A DNA stretch of 64,000 bases, taken from Candidatus Nomurabacteria bacterium (GTDB taxonomy: Bacteria; Patescibacteriota; Minisyncoccia; Phycocordibacterales; UBA9973). Every line of letters starts with the position of its first letter. Within the stretch, counting starts at the first letter, position 1. The notes under the pieces were generated by a model that ran no database searches, was not told the origin of the DNA, and saw only the letters and a list, made by a program, of their open reading frames with translations. Below are positions 57,919 to 64,000 of this stretch, piece by piece. Location: NCBI GenBank assembly GCA_963842815.1, contig CAWJHU010000002.1, forward strand, positions 44,513 through 108,512, in the 5' to 3' direction. The position numbers were made by a program, and so were the translations under genes.

Positions 57919-58059
57919 ATGAATATTAAAAATAAAGAAGGCGGATTTATTAAATTGATAATTCTTATAATCATAGTTTTGTTTTTGTTAAGTTATTTTC
58001 ATGTCACCATCGGCCAAGCCATAAACTGGCTTGTAACTACAATAAAAAGCGTTTTTTAA
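57919..58059 (+). CDS. Small membrane peptide with pilin-like N-terminus (46 aa)
   Basis: Translated by eye: MNIKNKEGGFIKLIILIIIVLFLLSYFHVTIGQAINWLVTTIKSVF; extended -10 upstream. Confidence 0.6.
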   Translation: MNIKNKEGGFIKLIILIIIVLFLLSYFHVTIGQAINWLVTTIKSVF

Positions 58060-58076
58060 TATTTCCTTAAATTAAA

Positions 58077-58403
58077 ATGGCCAATCTGTTTAAAAAAATA
58101 AAAGGAGGAATTAGCATCATTGGAATTTTAATTTTAGGATTTATTCTTATTCTGGTGCTCAGCTATTTTAAAATAAGTATCAAGTCGGTGGTGGAAAGCC
58201 CTACCGGACAAGAGAATATAAACTACGTCGGGGGAGGGACCAGGAATTTATGGAACGACTATCTAGCCCAGCCGGCAGCCTACCTTTGGAATGATATTTT
58301 TATAAATATTTTTTGGAAATCTTTTGTTAATAATATGGAGCGAATCAGAGATGGCCAGCCAACAGATTATCAAATTAACGCTCCTACCTTTAATCGTCAA
58401 TAG
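58077..58403 (+). CDS. Membrane protein with pilin-like N-terminus
   Basis: KKIKGG followed by a hydrophobic run ending LSYF, like the upstream peptide. Confidence 0.7.
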   Translation: MANLFKKIKGGISIIGILILGFILILVLSYFKISIKSVVESPTGQENINYVGGGTRNLWNDYLAQPAAYLWNDIFINIFWKSFVNNMERIRDGQPTDYQINAPTFNRQ

Positions 58404-58474
58404 GGAATAGTCTTCCAGGCCTATTCATTGAATTGATAGCACGTCGCACAATATATCTTTTGAGACACTATGAA

Positions 58475-58867
58475 CTATTTACACGAATTGGAAAGCTCAT
58501 AGCCGGCTTTTTCGGCCTCGGTGGATGTGGCAAAGTATATTCTATTTTCTTGTTTGATAGTTTTTCCAGCACTGCAACTCACGGAATAATATTTAGTCCC
58601 CTTGCTTGAGGCAAAGAAATTTTTTTCTGAAGTTGAACTTGCAGCATTTTGTGAAATATTTTGATTAAAAGATAAATCTGGCCCATTTTGCGCAGATTCC
58701 AGAGCATTAGCCTCTTGGCCGGTATATTCCACTTTTATGCCTGTGTTTGTGCTTTCTTTGGATAGTCTGCCTAGCTCAAATGAGCCCAAACCGACCAAAA
58801 TTATGATAATGATGACCAAAACGTCTTTGCCTTTGTCGCTTTCAATAAATAACTTGATTTTTTCCAT
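58475..58867 (-). CDS. Membrane-anchored protein with Ada-metal-binding-like C-terminal domain
   Basis: TM + SF.LGRLS; AS..G.KYY...C.....I...N..YF....EA..AGY.....C. Confidence 0.7.
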   Translation of the reverse strand: MEKIKLFIESDKGKDVLVIIIIILVGLGSFELGRLSKESTNTGIKVEYTGQEANALESAQNGPDLSFNQNISQNAASSTSEKNFFASSKGTKYYSVSCSAGKTIKQENRIYFATSTEAEKAGYELSNSCK

Positions 58868-58956
58868 ATAATCGTTTATACTCTTGTTTAATTGGTTTAT
58901 AAATAGATTTTAACATTAAAAAATTAATCTCGCCATGGCGGGAGAAGTAAAAATAT

Positions 58957-59229
58957 ATGGCACATAGAAAAGCCGGCGGAACAGCCAAAAACTTAAGAGA
59001 TTCCAATCCAAAATATCTGGGTACTAAAATTGCCGATGGCCAGAAAGCGCAAGCAGGCTCTATAATCATCCGTCAGCGTGGCACAGTCATTATGGCTGGC
59101 AACAACGTATCCATGGGGCGCGACCACACTTTATTCGCTCTGAAGCCCGGCACAGTCAAATTCGGCTCAAGACGCAAAATCTCTTTTAATGGCAAGACCA
59201 TGGTAAAAAAGACTGTAAGCGTAGTCTAA
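58957..59229 (+). CDS. rpmA: 50S ribosomal protein L27
   Basis: [34 protein letters not shown]. Confidence 0.97.
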   Translation: MAHRKAGGTAKNLRDSNPKYLGTKIADGQKAQAGSIIIRQRGTVIMAGNNVSMGRDHTLFALKPGTVKFGSRRKISFNGKTMVKKTVSVV

Positions 59230-59240
59230 AAAGCAAAACA

Positions 59241-59265
59241 AAAATCCCCTTCTGAGGGGATTTTT
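59241..59265. terminator. Bidirectional terminator between rpmA and rplI
   Basis: aaaatcccct-tctg-aggggatttt. Confidence 0.7.
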
Positions 59266-59708
59266 TATATTTTTTCTACTATAAGTTTGAATGAAGATTT
59301 TTTATTTTTTATAATAATTGGAATTTCAAATTCCCCTATTTCTTTAATGGGTTTTTCCAGGGCAATAAATTTTTCATCTATTTGCACATGGCTTTCTTTA
59401 CTCATGGCTTCCACCAGCATTTTTTCATGAATAGCGGAAAAAAGATGGCCTTTTTCATCTGCCTTTGCCTTGATGGTAATAGTCTTGTCTTTTATCTCTT
59501 CTAAATTTTTTGCCAGAAGTTCTTCCTGCACTTCCCTTTCAATGACTATTTCTTTTTTATGCCTTTCAACTTCTGCCATTGCTTTTGAAGTTGCCAAAGT
59601 TGCCCATTTTTTGGGAAATAAGAAATTCAGAGCATAGCCGTCATTTACTTCTTTGATGTCGTATTTTTTGCCTACTCTGGGCACGTCTTGTAAAAAAATT
59701 ACTTTCAT
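59265..59708 (-). CDS. rplI: 50S ribosomal protein L9
   Basis: [12 protein letters not shown]......V.DGYA.NFLFP, G.LF.AI, PIK.IG. Confidence 0.95.
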   Translation of the reverse strand: MKVIFLQDVPRVGKKYDIKEVNDGYALNFLFPKKWATLATSKAMAEVERHKKEIVIEREVQEELLAKNLEEIKDKTITIKAKADEKGHLFSAIHEKMLVEAMSKESHVQIDEKFIALEKPIKEIGEFEIPIIIKNKKSSFKLIVEKI

Positions 59709-59725
59709 TCCGTTTTTTTATTTCT

Positions 59726-60967
59726 TTATTTTTTAAAACCCGGCCAATTATTTAATAAATCTACGGCTTTATTTAATTGCGAATCATTTTTTGCAATCAA
59801 GTCTTTGGGGCTAATGGATACTTTATAATCAGGGGTTAATCCTTTTTCCGAAATAGAATTACCATTGGGAGTTAGCCATCTGGCCACTGTAATTTTTAGA
59901 GTGGTATCCGGTGTCACATTCAGGAGTTCTTGTACGGAACCTTTGCCATAACTTTGTTCCCCCACCAATAAAGCTTTTTTGTAATCCTGCATCGCCCCGG
60001 CTAAAATTTCAGAAGCCGAAGCTGAACCGCTGTCTATTAAAATCACGAATTTTAATTTATCAGTAAATATATTGTAGCCCTGACTTCTGTATATTTTTGG
60101 ATTTAAATTATTTCCATAATCTTCCGTGACCACGGGCTTTCCTCCCTCCAGGAACCAACTGGACATGCTGACGGCCGCATCCAAGTATCCTCCGGGATTC
60201 CCTCTCAAATCAAGCAGAAGCTTATCGGAGCCGGAGGTGGAAAATTCTTTAAGTGCATCGCGGAAAAGATTGGCTGAATTCGCGGAGAAGCTATAAAGTT
60301 TTATTACAAAAATACCATCTTTTCTCAACTCCGTATCAAGGGTGGGTATATTTATAACATCCCGTACGATTTTTATTTCTTTGGGTTCTTTGTCCCCATT
60401 GCGGAAAATTGTCAGTGTCACGGTGGTTCCGGCGGGTCCTCGAATCAAACTTATTGCTTTTTCAATACTCAAACCGGAAGTTGTCATTTTATCTATTTTT
60501 AAAATTGAGTCGCCCGGTTTTATGTTGGCTTTGTAGGCAGGAGTATCTTTCAAAGGAGCAATTACGGTGAGTATTTTATCTTTTATTCCCACTTCCATAC
60601 CCACTCCTTCAAAATTTCCCTCTATGTCGCTTTGAAATAGTTTTGCCTGGTCTGGAGTAAAGAACACGCTGTAGGGGTCATTTAGAGAGCCCACAAGCCC
60701 GGAAATAGCCCCGTAGACCTTGTCCTGGTCAGTTATCTTCCCGGCACTTGGATATTTTTCATTAATATCATTCCAAACTTTCCAAAAAGGAGAAAAATCA
60801 ACCTGAGTGGTTACTGCTGTTTCTTTGCCGGATACATTGACAACTTTATCAATTTCTGGCCTATTATGAAATCCCACATAAATACCAAAACCAAAGAAAA
60901 TGGCCACAAGTAAAATGGTAGCCGAGGCTTGCCTTGTTTTAAAATATTCTAAAATATGATTCTTCAT
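59726..60967 (-). CDS. ctpA: C-terminal processing peptidase S41 (PDZ)
   Basis: LNDPYS, GVG, PDZ, LDLRGNPGG, SASASEILAGA, YGKGSVQ. Confidence 0.95.
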   Translation of the reverse strand: MKNHILEYFKTRQASATILLVAIFFGFGIYVGFHNRPEIDKVVNVSGKETAVTTQVDFSPFWKVWNDINEKYPSAGKITDQDKVYGAISGLVGSLNDPYSVFFTPDQAKLFQSDIEGNFEGVGMEVGIKDKILTVIAPLKDTPAYKANIKPGDSILKIDKMTTSGLSIEKAISLIRGPAGTTVTLTIFRNGDKEPKEIKIVRDVINIPTLDTELRKDGIFVIKLYSFSANSANLFRDALKEFSTSGSDKLLLDLRGNPGGYLDAAVSMSSWFLEGGKPVVTEDYGNNLNPKIYRSQGYNIFTDKLKFVILIDSGSASASEILAGAMQDYKKALLVGEQSYGKGSVQELLNVTPDTTLKITVARWLTPNGNSISEKGLTPDYKVSISPKDLIAKNDSQLNKAVDLLNNWPGFKK

Positions 60968-60971
60968 TAAA

Positions 60972-61238
60972 TTATTTTATTTCTTCCTTGTTTAAATCCG
61001 AATTTTCCGGTTTTATTTCACTTCCGCCGAAATCATGATTTTCGGAAAAATTGTCAAAGGTTTTTTCTTTTGCCTCCCCTGCTTTTAAATCCACATACAA
61101 CATATAACTAAAATAAATGAGCGCCAGGTCGGAAATAGTAAATAAAATATTTTTAAAGGAATATGGAAAACCCAAATATCCCAGTATTGTCACCCAAATG
61201 CTCAATCCTAAAATTATTTTCACTTTTTTCATCTCCAT
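60972..61238 (-). CDS. Small hypothetical membrane protein
   Basis: Two TM segments with W...L.YLGFP..FK and an acidic tail. Confidence 0.6.
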   Translation of the reverse strand: MEMKKVKIILGLSIWVTILGYLGFPYSFKNILFTISDLALIYFSYMLYVDLKAGEAKEKTFDNFSENHDFGGSEIKPENSDLNKEEIK

Positions 61239-61284
61239 ATTATACCCTAGAAGCTTATGAAAAATCAAGAAAAAGATTTTTCTT

Positions 61285-62979
61285 TTATTTGAAATACTCA
61301 GGGGTGTTTATGGACATCCAGTCCAGAAGCTGGCGCATTACAGAGGATGCGCTGACGCTTCCCGAAGAAGGACCGCCTTCTATCATTATGGTAAATGCAT
61401 ATCTAGGATTTTCATAGGGGAAAAATCCGATAATCCAGGAATTAACTTTACTTTTACTTATGCCCACCTGAGCCGTACCGGTTTTGGAAGCAACTTGCAC
61501 GTAGGGCACATTAACCGCCGTAGAAGTTCCCACCAGAACACTTTGTCTCATCCCGTTATGAACCACATCGAAATATTCTTTTTTCAAATTTATATTTGTA
61601 AGTTCTTTTTCTTTTTCGGTATCTCCTAAAATATAATGCGGAGTAACAAGGGTGCCATCATTGGCAATGGCGGATACTGCCCGGGCCATTTCCATGGGAG
61701 TTACTTGGAACCCGTATTGTCCAATGACAGTATGATAGGTATCTCCAACCCGCCAAGGTTCACCATTGAAATTTTTTATTTTCCACAAAGGACTGGGAAC
61801 TACCCCTCCTGCTTCATCCGGCAAATCTACTCCTGTTTTTTCACCGATGCCAAAAAGGTCCGCATATTTTTCAATATTTACTATGCCCAGCCCTTTTTGA
61901 TTTTCATATCCCCCGCCGATTTCATAAAAATAAACGTCGCTGGATACGGCCAATGCCTGCACCATATTCACCCAACCCTGGGCTCTCCAGTCTTTAAAAA
62001 CAGTTTCTTGGCCGGGGAAATATGGATTGGGAATAGAAATGGAACCCGTAGATAATATTTTTGTAAGCGGGTCAATCACGCCTTCTGCCAACGCTCCGAT
62101 GGCGAAGAATGGTTTAACGATGGAACCCGGCGTATATAAACCCGAAATGGTTCTGTCCATAAAAACTTTTCTTTTGTCGATTAAATAATTTTGAATCGTT
62201 TTTGCATCTTTTCCCTGTGAAAGAATTTCTGAATTATATTCCGGGAAACTGACGGAAGTTAATATTTCGCCATTATTAACGTCCATTAATATGCCTGCCC
62301 CTCCCGAAAAAGAATTACTTTGGGATAAATTTTTAATAATGGCAAATAATTCCGTTTGAATCCGGGAATCAATTGTCGTGACCAGGTCGGCTCCGCGCTT
62401 GGGCGCATTGACGATATTTTCCGAACGAACTACCCTTTGGGCGTCCACTTCCACTATTTTTGACCCATTTTCCCCTTTCAATGATTCATTATATTGTTTT
62501 TCCAATCCGTCTTTTCCTATAAACTCGCTTTGCCAATAATTCCCTGATTTGTCCTGCATGGGGTAGCTCACATAACCCAGAAGATGCGAAAATCCGGGAG
62601 ATAAATATTCGCGAAGGGAGGTGGGAGAATCTTCGCTTTTTGCGTTCCAAACAAGTTCCGTTTTGTTTCTATCGTAAATAATTCCCCTGTCGCTGAAAAT
62701 AATCTGTTTTTCCAGAACATTATTTTGGCTTCTATTTAAGTATGCCTGACCCTTTTGTATTTGAAGAAAGCCAAGTCTGGCTGAAAAAGCTCCTAAAAAT
62801 ATTAAGAAAAAGATGCCGAGAAAAAAAATAATTTTTTTAGAAATGGGTTTTTCTATTCGGCCTTCAAATTGCTGGCGGTCGAAATTTTGCAGATTTTTGG
62901 AATCTAGAAAAATTTCATCGGGTTCCACGAAAAAATTTGCATTCTTGATTTTTTGTTTATTTAATCTTTTTCTAGTCAT
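61285..62979 (-). CDS. mrdA: Penicillin-binding protein 2
   Basis: RG.IYDRN, G..GLE.QY, PGS.VKP (SxxK), SSD, KTGTAQ. Confidence 0.9.
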   Translation of the reverse strand: MTRKRLNKQKIKNANFFVEPDEIFLDSKNLQNFDRQQFEGRIEKPISKKIIFFLGIFFLIFLGAFSARLGFLQIQKGQAYLNRSQNNVLEKQIIFSDRGIIYDRNKTELVWNAKSEDSPTSLREYLSPGFSHLLGYVSYPMQDKSGNYWQSEFIGKDGLEKQYNESLKGENGSKIVEVDAQRVVRSENIVNAPKRGADLVTTIDSRIQTELFAIIKNLSQSNSFSGGAGILMDVNNGEILTSVSFPEYNSEILSQGKDAKTIQNYLIDKRKVFMDRTISGLYTPGSIVKPFFAIGALAEGVIDPLTKILSTGSISIPNPYFPGQETVFKDWRAQGWVNMVQALAVSSDVYFYEIGGGYENQKGLGIVNIEKYADLFGIGEKTGVDLPDEAGGVVPSPLWKIKNFNGEPWRVGDTYHTVIGQYGFQVTPMEMARAVSAIANDGTLVTPHYILGDTEKEKELTNINLKKEYFDVVHNGMRQSVLVGTSTAVNVPYVQVASKTGTAQVGISKSKVNSWIIGFFPYENPRYAFTIMIEGGPSSGSVSASSVMRQLLDWMSINTPEYFK

Positions 62980-63247
62980 AATTTATTTTTGAAATTCTGA
63001 ATTTCTTTTTTGATAGTTCTATTATTATCAAAGCGAAGAAAGAAATAATTAGAGAAACAAAAAAGATATTGGAAAATCTGGCCTCTCCTGCTCCGTACAG
63101 CAAATCCGAAAGTAAAAACAAAACGACGCTTTCCCAGAAAAAAGAGAAATAAATCATCCCTCCCAAGGCCAACAGAACAGACAGCCAAAAAGGCATAAAA
63201 AGTATGGATAATAGCAGCACTAGAGAAGCGAGGATTCGTAATAGCAT
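62972..63247 (-). CDS. Small membrane protein upstream of mrdA (possibly MreD-like)
   Basis: Hydrophobic, L.DLLYG motif, overlaps the mrdA start; identity inferred from context only. Confidence 0.5.
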   Translation of the reverse strand: MLLRILASLVLLLSILFMPFWLSVLLALGGMIYFSFFWESVVLFLLSDLLYGAGEARFSNIFFVSLIISFFALIIIELSKKKFRISKINYD

Positions 63248-63270
63248 AATCCTATTTTACACGCTTAAAT

Positions 63271-63999
63271 TTAAAATACAATATTCCAAATAAAGCGCAG
63301 AATAAAGAAAACAGCAAGAATTATTATGCCATAAAATAAAACTTTATTATTTAAAATAAATGAAGCGACGGAAAAGAAAAACAATTCTACGTACTTAAAT
63401 GGCTTCAATAAAGAACTGGGCGCCGTCGTTGAATTGGCCGGGGTTTTCGCGTTGTCCAAAGCTTTTATCTCATTTTTTATTTCTCCTTGTTTATTATCCG
63501 AAGCGATATTCGTATTTGTGCGAAATTCTTCCAGCGTATTTACGGCAGAAGTAATGGGCTCAGTAATTGAGCTCGGTGTTTTTTCTGCTATGGATTTTAC
63601 GTCTGAAACCAGGGAAGAAATATTATTGCCTATTTGGGAAACGGAATTTGCATCGGTGGTGCCGGGAACTATTTTCTTGGAAACAGTGCGGGAGCTTTTT
63701 TGGGTCTGATTTTCTGTTAAAGAAACTGCTTGATAGTTTCCAGCGGACACCAAAAACTTGGCGTTTTCAATTTCTCCGAAGATGCTATGGTCTCCGGCGG
63801 TTACTGTCCAGCTAACAGAAACGGCATTTGTGGCGTTTGCCGCCACTGTAAAATCTTTTTTACCCAATAAAACCGTATTATCAAAAAAATTCACAGTGCC
63901 GGATAATTGTCTTGTGTCCGGATTAAAAATCAACGTATAAATCTTTATCTTGTCCCCTTCTTCAAAGGGGTCTTTGGAATACCAAATATTGGCCGGCAC
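63271..63999 (-). CDS. Surface protein with Ig-like (CARDB-like) domain and C-terminal TM; 5' end outside the window
   Basis: NIWYSK.PF.EGD..KIY...FN, V.F.D, W....G.H; C-terminal hydrophobic anchor. Confidence 0.65.
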   Translation of the reverse strand: MPANIWYSKDPFEEGDKIKIYTLIFNPDTRQLSGTVNFFDNTVLLGKKDFTVAANATNAVSVSWTVTAGDHSIFGEIENAKFLVSAGNYQAVSLTENQTQKSSRTVSKKIVPGTTDANSVSQIGNNISSLVSDVKSIAEKTPSSITEPITSAVNTLEEFRTNTNIASDNKQGEIKNEIKALDNAKTPANSTTAPSSLLKPFKYVELFFFSVASFILNNKVLFYGIIILAVFFILRFIWNIVF

Positions 64000-64000
64000 A

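Noticed and set aside
1826-63940. Numerous antisense and alternate-frame ORFs in the supplied track
   Set aside because: They overlap well-supported genes and lack recognisable motifs, so they were treated as shadow ORFs.

Overview
Chromosomal window from a small-genome Patescibacteria (CPR) bacterium, most likely Parcubacteria. The assignment is inferred from the short AlaRS, the archaeal-type AspRS, CPR-style Cys-rich paralogues and VirD4-like ATPases, and mostly SD-less starts. Most of the window is housekeeping: typA, mltG, mnmA, alaS, infA-rpmJ-rpsMKD-rpoA-rplQ-rplM-rpsI, grpE/dnaK/dnaJ, cysS, rplU, recR, dnaB, trpS, aspS, pepA, scpAB, mraY-ftsW-murG, gltX, rpmA, rplI, ctpA, mrdA and tRNA-Tyr. 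The standout is a diversity-generating-retroelement-like cassette at 10.8-13.2 kb. The 3' end of a 610-aa gene (VR, 12503-12628) matches a non-coding template repeat (TR, 13008-13136), with 22 internal substitutions that are all TR-A to VR-G, plus one deleted codon. The TR sits in its own apparent promoter/structured leader/terminator unit, and no reverse transcriptase or Avd gene is recognisable in the window. Other observations: (1) an 87-nt hairpin element inserted twice in frame in mnmA, with flanks that differ in sequence but keep base-pairing; (2) a related family of long intergenic hairpins; (3) short palindromic inserts in infA and pepA; (4) an AT-rich putative defence islet (MazG-like, DUF2075 nuclease-helicase fused to a LexA/UmuD S24 domain, a candidate small RNA, DUF3800-like gene); (5) a cluster of single-base indels in rpoA-rplQ-rplM that is probably a sequencing artefact. 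All calls were made by eye, without database searches.
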